Part shown: positions 10,695 to 20,223 of the stretch, piece by piece
How positions within the stretch are numbered: the stretch's first letter is position 1
How the letters are laid out: each line of letters begins with the position of its first letter
Origin: Candidatus Iainarchaeum sp.
GTDB taxonomy: Archaea > Iainarchaeota > Iainarchaeia > Iainarchaeales > JAFCCW01
DNA: 64,000 bases
Direction: 5' to 3'
Assembly (NCBI GenBank): GCA_017609985.1
Contig: JAFCCW010000001.1
Span: 32,001-96,000 of the forward strand
The notes under the pieces: model-generated
The model's input: only the letters and a program-made list of their open reading frames with translations
The model's database searches: none
What the model was told of the DNA's origin: nothing
Position numbers and translations under genes: made by a program

Positions 10695-11581
10695 ATCTAA
10701 AAATTCCCTTTGCGCCATTGCCTGTTCCGGTTCTGAAGAGAATAAGCAACATATTCATTTCTCCAGGATCTAAATTTGCAAAGTCAATGCCTTACATAGA
10801 AGAAAACCTAAAACAGGGAAACTTTGAAATTCAGTCAGAAGAGTACTGCTCGATAATGCTTTTCACAAGCCTGCTGTACTTTGTTTTCTTCACACTGCTT
10901 CTTGGCCTGCTATTGTCAAAAATAGGGTTAAGAGGTGGCTGGCTTTTAGCTGCAACTGTTGGAGCAATAGTGGCATTTCTGATTGCACTGCAAATATTGA
11001 TTTATCCAAAAATGATGGTAAACAAAAAAGTGAAAAATATTGAAATCAACCTGATATATGCACTGAGAACAATTCTTATCCAGATAAGAAGCGGAGTAAC
11101 ACTTTTTGATGCAATGAACACAGTGGCAAAGGGAGACTTTGGAGAACTGGGAAATGAATTCAAGATAACAGTTGAAGCAATAGAAACAGGAATGCTGCAA
11201 GACGAAGCACTTGACAAAATGGCGGAAAGAAACCCGTCACACTATCTCAGAAAAGCTCTTTGGCAAATTTCAAACGGATTAAAAGCAGGAGGAGATGTGC
11301 AGTCAGTAATTGGAGAAAGTGTTTCAACAATGCTAAGGGAAGAAAAAATAGGAATAACAAAATTTGGAGCATCCCTTAGACTGCTTTCCCTGATGTACAT
11401 GATGATTGGAGTCATAATGCCGGCAATGGGTTTAACATTCCTTATTGTTCTAGGCTCTTTTCCAAATGTTCCGCTGGACGAAAGTCTTTTTTGGATATTA
11501 TTAATTTCAAGCGCAATAATGCAGTTTATGTATATTGGAATAATTAAATCAAAGAGACCAAATCTTATGAGCACCGGGTGA
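10691..11581 (+). CDS. Pilus membrane platform protein (TadC/PilC/FlaJ, T2SS-F domain)
   Basis: IRSGVTLFDAM...DFGELGNEF pattern, TM helices, follows ATPase. Confidence 0.88.
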   Translation: MNLKIPFAPLPVPVLKRISNIFISPGSKFAKSMPYIEENLKQGNFEIQSEEYCSIMLFTSLLYFVFFTLLLGLLLSKIGLRGGWLLAATVGAIVAFLIALQILIYPKMMVNKKVKNIEINLIYALRTILIQIRSGVTLFDAMNTVAKGDFGELGNEFKITVEAIETGMLQDEALDKMAERNPSHYLRKALWQISNGLKAGGDVQSVIGESVSTMLREEKIGITKFGASLRLLSLMYMMIGVIMPAMGLTFLIVLGSFPNVPLDESLFWILLISSAIMQFMYIGIIKSKRPNLMSTG

Positions 11582-12582
11582 AAAAAATGTATCAAAGAAT
11601 AGCAGCAATATTACCAAAAAGTTTTGTAAACTGGATTCAATCAGAACTAGACTTTGTGGGAATCAAAGTAGATGAAAGACAGTTTGCAGGATTTGTAGTA
11701 TCGTTTGGAATAGGATTAAGCATTGCAGTAGCAATAAATCTTCAAGTATTTCTTGAACTTGCTTTTCCAATAGGATTCTTTGGAACATTAATAGTCTTTG
11801 TTGGAGGAATGCTTTTCTGGATAAATTCAGTTGCAGAAAACAAGGGAAAATTTGTTGAAAGAATTCTTCCGGATGCACTCCAGTTGATTGCGTCAAATAT
11901 CAAAGCAGGAATGACAGCTGAAAGAGCATTGATGGCGAGTGCAAGACCAGAATTTGGACCACTATCAGAAGAATTCAAAAACGCAAGCAAAAAAGTGTTT
12001 GCAGGCACTCCATTTGACACTGCACTACTGGAAATTGCAACAAAAATCAAGTCACCACTGCTCAAAAGAACAATATGGCTGTTAACACAGGGAATAAAAA
12101 GCGGAGGAGAAATCGCAGACCTATTACTGCAAATTGGGTCAGACCTAAGAGAAGAAAACGCGATAAAAGATGAAATACAGGGAAACGTAAGCATTTACGT
12201 GCTGATGATATTTGTTGCAGCAGCATTTGGCTCACCACTGCTGTTTGGAATGAGCTCGATTGTTGTTGGAACACTCTCAGAACAGATGGATAATGTAGAC
12301 CTTTCCCCTGAAAAACTTGCCGAAATGCAAACCCAAAGCAGAGTAGGAAACATTATAGGAGTGCCAACAGCATCAATAACAGAAGAATTTGTAGTATTCT
12401 TTTCAACGATTTCACTACTAGTAATATCTGTTTTTGCATCACTGACACTGGGAGCAATAAGCTCTGGCAAGGAAAAAGACGGAATAAAATACATTCCAGT
12501 GCTGATTCTGATGACAATAACTATCTTCTTTGTGATAAGAATATTCATCGGCGGAGCAATAGGCTCACTTGGAATGATGTAA
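11578..12582 (+). CDS. Second pilus membrane platform protein (T2SS-F domain)
   Basis: LPDALQLIASNIKAGMT...EFGPLSEEF. Confidence 0.9.
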   Translation: MKKMYQRIAAILPKSFVNWIQSELDFVGIKVDERQFAGFVVSFGIGLSIAVAINLQVFLELAFPIGFFGTLIVFVGGMLFWINSVAENKGKFVERILPDALQLIASNIKAGMTAERALMASARPEFGPLSEEFKNASKKVFAGTPFDTALLEIATKIKSPLLKRTIWLLTQGIKSGGEIADLLLQIGSDLREENAIKDEIQGNVSIYVLMIFVAAAFGSPLLFGMSSIVVGTLSEQMDNVDLSPEKLAEMQTQSRVGNIIGVPTASITEEFVVFFSTISLLVISVFASLTLGAISSGKEKDGIKYIPVLILMTITIFFVIRIFIGGAIGSLGMM

Positions 12583-12679
12583 TCAACAAGGCAGAAACAA
12601 AACTAATTGAAGATAACTAACTCTGCAAAAGAAATAAAAAAAAGAAAAAAAAAGAAAAAGAAAGAACGGAAAACAATCA

Positions 12680-13135
12680 TTAGATTGTTCCGTTACAAAC
12701 TATTTTTGCTGTGGCTGGTAAAGTGCCTTCTGTTGTGTACAACACTGTAGCAGTAGCGCCAGTGACGTTTCCGGCAGTAGCAGGACCATCAAGCGTTGTG
12801 ACTGTAAATGTTGAACCTGCCGCAACAGTTCCAGCAGTACATTCAGCTGTGCCTGCACAGTCAGTAATCCCTGTACCATCACACGAAGTTACACAATTAT
12901 CCACAAGTGTTATTGTTCCACCCGTAGCATTCTGCAGTGTAAATCCAACCGCATCAGTACCAAGACTAAACGTGCTCTCTTTCAGAATAATTGAATTATT
13001 CTGGCTGACACAGGTAACTCCTCCGCCTGTTGTACTGGTCACATAAATAAGGATTCCGATTACAATCGCAATCACGATAAGTGCCCAGCCATAGGTCATC
13101 AAATACTCAAGAGCTGCTTGTCCTTTTTTTTCCAT
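12680..13135 (-). CDS. Probable major type IV pilin
   Basis: KKG|QAALEYLMTYGWALIVIAIVIG; Thr/Gly-rich body; strong SD GGAGGG and TTTAAATA promoter. Confidence 0.85.
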   Translation of the reverse strand: MEKKGQAALEYLMTYGWALIVIAIVIGILIYVTSTTGGGVTCVSQNNSIILKESTFSLGTDAVGFTLQNATGGTITLVDNCVTSCDGTGITDCAGTAECTAGTVAAGSTFTVTTLDGPATAGNVTGATATVLYTTEGTLPATAKIVCNGTI

Positions 13136-13237
13136 GTTTTCCCTCCTTTGAAAGTTTTAAACATCCCGTGCTGGGAGTTTTGTTTATAATATATTTTTGT
13201 TATTTAAAAATATTCGCTTTGAAAATAGCAAAACAGG

Positions 13238-13711
13238 TTATTTAAGGGCTTTTTTAAGAGAAAGCTCAACCTTTTTTGGAACAAAACAGGACACGTTCCC
13301 GCCCATTTCAGCAATTTCCTTGACCATTGAAGAGCTTAAATAGAAATATTTTGGGTCTGTCACAATGAGAACAGTTTCAAGATTTCCCAGCTTTCTGTTA
13401 ACAATAGCAGTCTGGAATTCAAATTCAAAATCGGAAAGTTCGCGCAAGCCACGCACTACAGCAGAAGCTTTTTTCTTTTTAGCATACTCAACAAGCAAAC
13501 CAGTGAAAGATTCAACCTCAACACCCTTAACATCAGACAACGCATCTTTAGCCAGCGCAATACGCTTTGCCACAGAAAAAGTCGGCTTCTTTCTCGGATT
13601 GTTGGAAATAGCAACAGTTACTTTTCCAAAAAGCTTGGCTGCACGCTTTACAACATCCACGTGACCAAAAGTAATAGGATCAAACGTGCCAGGATAAATA
13701 ACTCTATTCAT
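13238..13711 (-). CDS. coaD: Phosphopantetheine adenylyltransferase, bacterial type
   Basis: YPGTFDPITFGH, VRGLR..DFEFE, LSSSMVKE. Confidence 0.95.
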   Translation of the reverse strand: MNRVIYPGTFDPITFGHVDVVKRAAKLFGKVTVAISNNPRKKPTFSVAKRIALAKDALSDVKGVEVESFTGLLVEYAKKKKASAVVRGLRELSDFEFEFQTAIVNRKLGNLETVLIVTDPKYFYLSSSMVKEIAEMGGNVSCFVPKKVELSLKKALK

Positions 13712-14270
13712 TCAAATCCCTCAAAATTTTCAAAACCTGCTCAGCAGTAAAATCAATGCTTCTTGAATTATCTAAAGAGTAATCAGCCTTTTTAAGCTTT
13801 TCATCAAAAGGCATCTGGCAGTCAATCATCTTAACTGCAAAATCCTTTGAAAAACCACGGGATTCAAGTCTTGAAATTTGCTGAGAACGAGAACAGGTTA
13901 CAACTGCAACAGCATCAAACAGGCTTTCCCAGCCAACCTCAAACAAGAGAGGAACATCAACAACAACAAGCTTGCAGGACAAAGAAACAAGTTTAAGGAA
14001 ACTGTCTTCAAGCTCGCTTTTGACAAGAGGGTGAAGAATTGATTCAAGCTGTTCTCTCTTCACAGGGTTCTGAAAAACAATCTGAGAAATAACTTCCTTG
14101 GAAGAAGAGCCAAAAACAGAGGCAATTCTGTCAACAACCTGCGGCAGAGAATAAAGAGAGTCAACAATCTCGTCGCAGTCAATTGTTTCAGCAGAATTTT
14201 CGCTAAAAAGCTTCAGAACAGTTGACTTTCCAGAAGCAATTCCTCCAGTTAAACCAAGCTTAAACATCAA
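13704..14270 (-). CDS. coaE: Dephospho-CoA kinase, bacterial type
   Basis: GLTGGIASGKST, LESILHP, DVPLLFE. Confidence 0.93.
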   Translation of the reverse strand: MMFKLGLTGGIASGKSTVLKLFSENSAETIDCDEIVDSLYSLPQVVDRIASVFGSSSKEVISQIVFQNPVKREQLESILHPLVKSELEDSFLKLVSLSCKLVVVDVPLLFEVGWESLFDAVAVVTCSRSQQISRLESRGFSKDFAVKMIDCQMPFDEKLKKADYSLDNSRSIDFTAEQVLKILRDLNE

Positions 14271-14550
14271 ATCACTGAAAGAAGTAATGCAAAAAGATTA
14301 ATAAAAAGGAGATGGAACAAGAGAAACAGAAGAAAATAAAGAAAAGAAATGGAAACAAAAGGGAAAAAGAAGAGAAAAGAAAGAGAAAAAAGAAAAGAAA
14401 GAAAAGAAGCAGGAAAAAAGCACGGGAAAAAAGAGAAAACAAGAGAAAAAACAGGAAAAAAACAGCTTGAAAAAAACCAAATTTTTAGTCAAAAAAGAGT
14501 TTGAAATCCTAAAAATTTAAAATTAATAGTAAGTTATGCGAAAATAATAA

Positions 14551-14632
14551 TGTGACCTAACAGCGGAGGAATCTTGTCTCCTTCGGGGGATGGACTTTGA
14601 CGCTGTTAGGGTAGCACTTCCCTAATTCTTTA
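14551..14632 (+). ncRNA. Candidate structured small RNA (K-turn plus cUUCGg hairpin)
   Basis: Perfect 10-bp stem 14556-14565/14601-14610, GAG bulge with tandem GA/GA, apical CC-TTCG-GG; GC-rich island with TATA-like TTTAAAAT ~30 nt upstream. Confidence 0.55.
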
Positions 14633-14695
14633 AAACAAACAAAATTTACTGAGGCAATATTTAAAAGCAATCACAGCATATTATTAGTGGTTTAA

Positions 14696-15394
14696 ATGAG
14701 AGAAGACATAAGAATCAAAACCGGAGTGCCGGGACTGGACGAAATACTCTACGGAGGAATTCCTAAAAGCAATCTTGTAGTGCTCTCCGGAGACCCTGGA
14801 AGCGGAAAAACCATAATGTGCCTGCAATATCTTTACAATGGCGCGACAAAATTTAATGAAGCCGGAATTTATATTTCACTTGAAGAAAGTGAAGAAGAAC
14901 TCATAAAGATTGCAGCAGACTTCGGATGGGATTTTAACAAGCTTCAAAAAGAAGGAAAGGTTGCAATAATTACAGTAGAATTATACGACTTTGACAAACT
15001 GAAAAATACTATTGAAGATGCAATAAGCAAAATGGGCGCAAAAAGGCTGGTGATAGACCCTGGAGTAATATTCAGACTATACTTTGAAAGAGAACTGGAT
15101 GCAAGAAAAAGAATAATGGGTTTAGGAAAAATGCTCAAAAAAATAAACTGCACTTCAATAATTACAAACGAAATAGCACTTGACAAAATTGACTCCTTGT
15201 TTGGGCTTGAAGAATATGTTGCAGACGGAGTGATTCTCTTATACCACACATGTTCACAAAACAAGTTTATTAGATCCATTGGAGTACTAAAAATGAGAGG
15301 CACAAAAATTTCCGAAAAACTCCATCCTCTTCAGATAACAAAAAACGGATTAAAGGCACTGCACAAGCAAGAGCTTTTTGAAGACATCAAATGA
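14696..15394 (+). CDS. KaiC/RAD55-like RecA-superfamily ATPase
   Basis: GDPGSGKT, ISLEE, EEYVADGVILL, KMRGT. Confidence 0.9.
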   Translation: MREDIRIKTGVPGLDEILYGGIPKSNLVVLSGDPGSGKTIMCLQYLYNGATKFNEAGIYISLEESEEELIKIAADFGWDFNKLQKEGKVAIITVELYDFDKLKNTIEDAISKMGAKRLVIDPGVIFRLYFERELDARKRIMGLGKMLKKINCTSIITNEIALDKIDSLFGLEEYVADGVILLYHTCSQNKFIRSIGVLKMRGTKISEKLHPLQITKNGLKALHKQELFEDIK

Positions 15395-15403
15395 CGTGAT
15401 TAA

Positions 15404-16186
15404 ATGAAGAAAAATAACACAAAAAAAGGAAAGCACAAGCTTGTTGAAAGAATTAAATCCAAAATCTTAAAAAAACCTGAAAATAAAATAAAAAAAAGAG
15501 AATCAAAACCTGTGAAAAAAGTAGAGAAAAAAATTGAATCTCCAAAAAAGAAGGAAAAAGTAAAACCTGCTGAAAAAAGAAAAATAAGCGATGGGGCAGA
15601 AGACGAAGAACTATTTCAGATGCTAAGCCCGTTCTACAAAATAGAATTGAAGGTAAAAAAAACAATGGATGAAGGCGGAAAAGACTACAACTGTATCCTA
15701 CTTGTGGAAAACCTGAAAGAATATTCCAACATTAATTTAGCGCTTTTGAAATATTTTCAGAGCCAAAAAATTCCAGGAATATTTGTAACAGTAAACAAGC
15801 CAGTGCAGGACATAATTAAGACAGCGAAAAAAAACAATATTGGAATAGAAAATGTAAAGTTTATTGATGCAATAACCCTGCAGTCAGGAAATATTACAAT
15901 AAATCAACAAGTAGACTATGTTGAATCCCCAAAAGATCTTGTGGAACTGATAACCCTAATTGAAGAAGAAATAGACGGAATGACTGAAAAATTCTTTCTA
16001 GTGTTTGATTCTGTTTCAACAATGCTCGTGTACAACAAAAAACAGTCTGTTGAAAAATTTATTCATTCCCTGTCAGGAAAAATAAAGTCAAGCGAATGTC
16101 AGGGAATAATTATTGCAGTAGAATCAACTGAAGAAGAAACACTTCATGCACTTGCCCAATTCTGCGATGCCACAATAAAAGTTTGA
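15404..16186 (+). CDS. Inactive KaiC-like ATPase domain protein with basic N-terminal extension
   Basis: FIDA, LVFDSVSTML, LAQFCD; no Walker A. Confidence 0.6.
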   Translation: MKKNNTKKGKHKLVERIKSKILKKPENKIKKRESKPVKKVEKKIESPKKKEKVKPAEKRKISDGAEDEELFQMLSPFYKIELKVKKTMDEGGKDYNCILLVENLKEYSNINLALLKYFQSQKIPGIFVTVNKPVQDIIKTAKKNNIGIENVKFIDAITLQSGNITINQQVDYVESPKDLVELITLIEEEIDGMTEKFFLVFDSVSTMLVYNKKQSVEKFIHSLSGKIKSSECQGIIIAVESTEEETLHALAQFCDATIKV

Positions 16187-16190
16187 TTTG

Positions 16191-17486
16191 TCACTGCTTT
16201 AAAGAAACTTTTCCCTCATAAAGCTTTGAAAGCACGGATTCCAACTCAGAAAAAAGAGAATCTGTTTCAGTCACAGAAGAACTTGCATTCTTTTTCTTTC
16301 CCAAAAGAATAGATTTTTTCTCTAAAATTTCTCGTTCAACAGAATCAATCTCACGCTCGATTTTCTCTGATTTTTCAAAAACATTGTTTTTGCGCAACAA
16401 AGTCTCTGTTTCAGAAAGCTTTGCTTCAACCTTGTTAAGTTTCCAGAAAACATTTTCAAAAAAGTCAAAAGAAACAAGTTCTTCAATTGCAGAAATCTTT
16501 TTATCGCGCTCTTTGTCCTTCAGAGAAATTTCTCCAGAAATAATCTGTTCCTTTAAAGCTGAAAGAATTTTTTTAAGAACTAAAGCGCCATGATCTTTCT
16601 TGAATGCAATAAGTGGATTTGAAAGATATTCTTTCAGCAAAGACTCTTCCTTTGAGGATAAAGAAACCTTGTTAACAGAAACAAGTTTTTCAAACTTTTT
16701 CAGGGGTTTTTCAACAGGAAACAAAAGCTGGGAAAGCCTGGACTTAAGTTCCTGCTTTTCATGAAGAAGCTTGCTCTTGTTTTCTTTAAGAGATTCAAAT
16801 TTTTTAAAATCCAAGGAAGAGGAAAGCTCTTCAAGGCTGGCTACAAGAGACTTTTTATTGTCTTCAAGCTCTGAAATTTTTTCAGAAAAAGAGTCAAGTT
16901 CATCAACTGCATTTAAGTTTTTGGAAGAAACATCACGAATAGAAGAAACAAGAATTTTTGCCCGCTCAGAAAGAAAAACCTTACTCTCCGGACTGAATTT
17001 TTCAGAAATTTCTGCAAGAACAGCTCTTGTTTCCTCTAAAATTTCTCCGAACTCCTTTATTTCTTCTTTAAGATAAACAGAAGAATAAGCAATATTCTTC
17101 CAAGAAGACTCAACCTCTTTTCTGATTAGTTCAAGCGAAGAAATAGAATAGCTCCTAGCTTCTTTTGGAGAAAAAAAAGGAGGGGGCGAGATGCGTTCAG
17201 CAAGCGAAGAAAGTTTTCTGACAGCATTTGTCCTACTGGTTGAAACAATCTTCTCAACACGCTTGTTTTGTTTGTCGATTCCTGCCTGCTCCAAAGAAAC
17301 AGCTTTTGCAGAAAGTTGGCGGAGAAGATGCTTTATTTCAGAAGATTTTTTAGCATAAAACTCCTCTAATTCTCCTGCTTCAAATGCAGATTGGGATTTA
17401 ATGAAGTCATCTGCATTGGAGAACAAGAGTTCCACTGGCTTTTTTTCTTTCTTGGTCTTTCCAAAAATTTTTTCAAGAAAACTCAT
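16191..17486 (-). CDS. Hypothetical coiled-coil protein
   Basis: 431-aa ORF, heptad-like E/K/L composition, N-terminal MSFLEKIFG. Confidence 0.65.
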   Translation of the reverse strand: MSFLEKIFGKTKKEKKPVELLFSNADDFIKSQSAFEAGELEEFYAKKSSEIKHLLRQLSAKAVSLEQAGIDKQNKRVEKIVSTSRTNAVRKLSSLAERISPPPFFSPKEARSYSISSLELIRKEVESSWKNIAYSSVYLKEEIKEFGEILEETRAVLAEISEKFSPESKVFLSERAKILVSSIRDVSSKNLNAVDELDSFSEKISELEDNKKSLVASLEELSSSLDFKKFESLKENKSKLLHEKQELKSRLSQLLFPVEKPLKKFEKLVSVNKVSLSSKEESLLKEYLSNPLIAFKKDHGALVLKKILSALKEQIISGEISLKDKERDKKISAIEELVSFDFFENVFWKLNKVEAKLSETETLLRKNNVFEKSEKIEREIDSVEREILEKKSILLGKKKNASSSVTETDSLFSELESVLSKLYEGKVSLKQ

Positions 17487-17586
17487 TCAAACCAATAATA
17501 GTTTCAGGGGAACAAATTAAAATACGCAGTCAGAGGAAATGCAGAGACAAAAAAGGGTTAAAAAAGGCTCCCAGTAAAAGTTAGTT

Positions 17587-18993
17587 ATGGAGAAAAAAGA
17601 AGCAGGAAAAATAAAAGAATCCTTGAAGACAGCAGCAGACTGGATTAAGAAAAAGGACAAGTTTGCGCTCATAAGCCATTATGATGCGGATGGCCTGACA
17701 GCAGCAGGGATAATGGGAAAAACACTTCAAAGAGAAAACAAAGAATTCAAAACAAAGAATGTAAAACAGCTGTACAGTGAAACAGTAAAAGAAATTCAAA
17801 CAATGGGAGAAAATTTTATTTTTACAGATTTTGGCTCAGCACTAATTCCAAAAATTGAAAAAAACTTCAAAGGAAAATGGATAGTGCTAGACCATCACCA
17901 GCCAAAAACAAAAGAACAGGATTCTGAAAGCCATGTAAACCCAGCATTCTTTGGACTGGACGGGGGCAAGGAAATTTCAGGGTCAGGTCTTGCGTATTTG
18001 CTTGCAAAAGAAATGAGTGAGAAAAATAAGGATTTGTCTGCTTTGGCTATTGTTGGAGCAGTAGGAGATATGCAGGATTTCAGCGGAAAACTTATCGGCA
18101 AAAACAGAGAAATTATGGAAGACGGAATAAAAGAAGGAGTGCTGGGAGTAAAAAATGATTTGAGACTTTACGGCAGAATTTCAAGACCGCTCACCCAGTT
18201 TTTGTGCTATAGCTCTTCTCCAATCTTGCCGGAACTAACAGCAAATGAACAAAAGTGCAGTGAATTTCTCAAAACTCATAAAATTGAATTAAGAGAAGGA
18301 GAGCAATGGAGAAGCTACGAAGATCTTGATGCAGGAGAAAAACAAAAACTAGCGAGTGCTATAGCAATGCATCTTGCAGAGCATAATACTCCGGAATGGA
18401 AAATAAGAAGCATGATTGGAGAAGTGTACACGCTCAAAAACGAGGAATTGAAAAGCCCGTTAAGAGATGCAAAAGAGTATGCCACCCTGCTGAATGCATG
18501 CGGAAGACATGCTCAGCCAGAAATAGGATTAAGTGTTACAATGGGGGACAGGGAAGAAGAATTTGAAAAAGCAATACTGCTTCTAGCCCAGCACAGAAAA
18601 GAATTAAGAGCAGGAATAGAATTAATGCAAAGCAGAGGAGTGGAAGAATATGAAAACTTTTACTTCTTTGACGCAGGCAACGAAATAAAAGATTCCATTG
18701 TGGGAATTGTTGCAGGAATGTTGTATGGGAGCGGAGCAATACCTGGAAACAAACCAGTTATTGCATTTGCAATGCACGAAGACAAAACAATCAAGGTCAG
18801 CGGAAGAGGAACACAAGATCTGTTGCGAAAAGGACTGAATCTGGGCCAGGCATTGAAGGATGTTTGTGCAGAACTAGGGGAGAGTGCAGAAGGCGGAGGA
18901 CACAAAATAGCAGCAGGCTGCAGGATAGAAGAAAAAGAAAAAGAAGAATTTTTGAAAATACTAGACACAAAAATAAAAGAGAATTATACATAA
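17587..18993 (+). CDS. RecJ/Cdc45-like DHH phosphoesterase
   Basis: HYDADG, FTDFGS, LDHH, GAVGD, GGGHKIAAG (DHHA1). Confidence 0.9.
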   Translation: MEKKEAGKIKESLKTAADWIKKKDKFALISHYDADGLTAAGIMGKTLQRENKEFKTKNVKQLYSETVKEIQTMGENFIFTDFGSALIPKIEKNFKGKWIVLDHHQPKTKEQDSESHVNPAFFGLDGGKEISGSGLAYLLAKEMSEKNKDLSALAIVGAVGDMQDFSGKLIGKNREIMEDGIKEGVLGVKNDLRLYGRISRPLTQFLCYSSSPILPELTANEQKCSEFLKTHKIELREGEQWRSYEDLDAGEKQKLASAIAMHLAEHNTPEWKIRSMIGEVYTLKNEELKSPLRDAKEYATLLNACGRHAQPEIGLSVTMGDREEEFEKAILLLAQHRKELRAGIELMQSRGVEEYENFYFFDAGNEIKDSIVGIVAGMLYGSGAIPGNKPVIAFAMHEDKTIKVSGRGTQDLLRKGLNLGQALKDVCAELGESAEGGGHKIAAGCRIEEKEKEEFLKILDTKIKENYT

Positions 18994-19041
18994 CAAGTTG
19001 TTTATTTAATTGTTTTGCAAAAAGATAGTTACTGACATAAT

Positions 19042-20106
19042 ATGGATTTCAAAAAAATTCTTGAAGCATATCAAAAAAAAGTTGACAAAGAAATTTCTGC
19101 GTTCATGTCAAAAAAAGAAAAAGAAGGAAAACAAATTTCAGAAGAATGCGGAGAAATGGCAAGGCTTTTGAAAGAATTTGCTGAAAGACCCGGCAAAAGA
19201 ATAAGGCCAGTGCTGGTTGTTTTTGGATACAAAGCCTGTGGTGGAGAAAACGAAAAAGAAATCCTGAAAGCCTCAATTGCAATAGAATTAATTCACGCAT
19301 ACCTGCTTATTCACGACGATGTAATGGACAAATCTGAAACAAGAAGGGGACAGCCAGCATTTCACAAAGAATACGAAGAAATCTATTCAAAAAAATATGG
19401 CAAAGGAAAAGAATGGAATGCTATAAGTGCTTCAGTAATTGCTGGAGACATAATCGAAGCTTTTGCAGCACAAGCAATAGCTGAAACAGAATTCGACTCT
19501 GAAAAAAAATCAGGATTTATGACAAAACTTAACGAAATAAACGCAAACACAGGATATGGACAGCTTCTGGACATGGAACTTGAAATAAAGAAAGATGCAA
19601 GTGAAGAAAACGTGGAATTAGTGCATCTTCTCAAAACAGCAAAGTATACAATTGAAGGACCATTACTGCTTGGAGCAATTCTGGCAGGAGCAAACAAAAA
19701 ACAAGTAAAAGAATTAAGCAATTATGCAATACCTGTTGGAAAAGCATTTCAAATGCAGGACGATATCCTGGGCGTGTTTGGAAGTGAAGAAAAAACAGGA
19801 AAACCAGTTGACTCTGATTTAAAAGAAGGAAAAAAAACTCACTTAGTAATTAAGGCAATGGAAAATGGAAACAAGGAAGAACAAGAAATTCTTTTAGCAG
19901 CAATTGGAAATCCAGAACTGACAAAAGAAGAATTTGAAAAAACAAAAGAAATAATAAAGAAAACCAAAGCGCTTGACTATACAAAAGAAAAAGCAAAAAC
20001 CTATGCCCAAGAAGGAATGAAATCTCTTAAAAAAAGCTCATTGAATATAAAGGGGCGAGAATTTTTGGAGGGAATGGCGCGCTATATTCTTGAAAGAGAA
20101 CTTTGA
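19042..20106 (+). CDS. idsA: Short-chain polyprenyl diphosphate (GGPP) synthase
   Basis: FARM DDVMD..RRG with Tyr at -5, GQLLD, KT, FQMQDDILG. Confidence 0.85.
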   Translation: MDFKKILEAYQKKVDKEISAFMSKKEKEGKQISEECGEMARLLKEFAERPGKRIRPVLVVFGYKACGGENEKEILKASIAIELIHAYLLIHDDVMDKSETRRGQPAFHKEYEEIYSKKYGKGKEWNAISASVIAGDIIEAFAAQAIAETEFDSEKKSGFMTKLNEINANTGYGQLLDMELEIKKDASEENVELVHLLKTAKYTIEGPLLLGAILAGANKKQVKELSNYAIPVGKAFQMQDDILGVFGSEEKTGKPVDSDLKEGKKTHLVIKAMENGNKEEQEILLAAIGNPELTKEEFEKTKEIIKKTKALDYTKEKAKTYAQEGMKSLKKSSLNIKGREFLEGMARYILEREL

Positions 20107-20223
20107 TTTAATCGCTTATGTTAATCAATTAATTTAATCAATTAATTTAATCAATTAATTTAATCAATTAATTTAATCAATTAATTTAATCAATTAATTT
20201 AATCAATTAATTTAATCGCTTAT
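20107..20223. repeat. 13-bp tandem repeat array
   Basis: Seven exact TTAATCAATTAAT units (20121-20211) flanked by TTTAATCGCTTAT copies. Confidence 0.95.

Noticed and set aside
687-13135. Archaellum locus
   Set aside because: No recognisable archaellins or FlaF/G/H; two TadC-like genes and pilin-type N-termini indicate a type IV pilus.
14298-14492. ORFs in the purine-rich tract (either strand)
   Set aside because: Low-complexity A/G run giving Phe/Ser or Lys/Arg strings; probably non-coding.
20121-20211. Possible CRISPR array
   Set aside because: Units are contiguous 13-mers with no spacers, and no cas genes are present.
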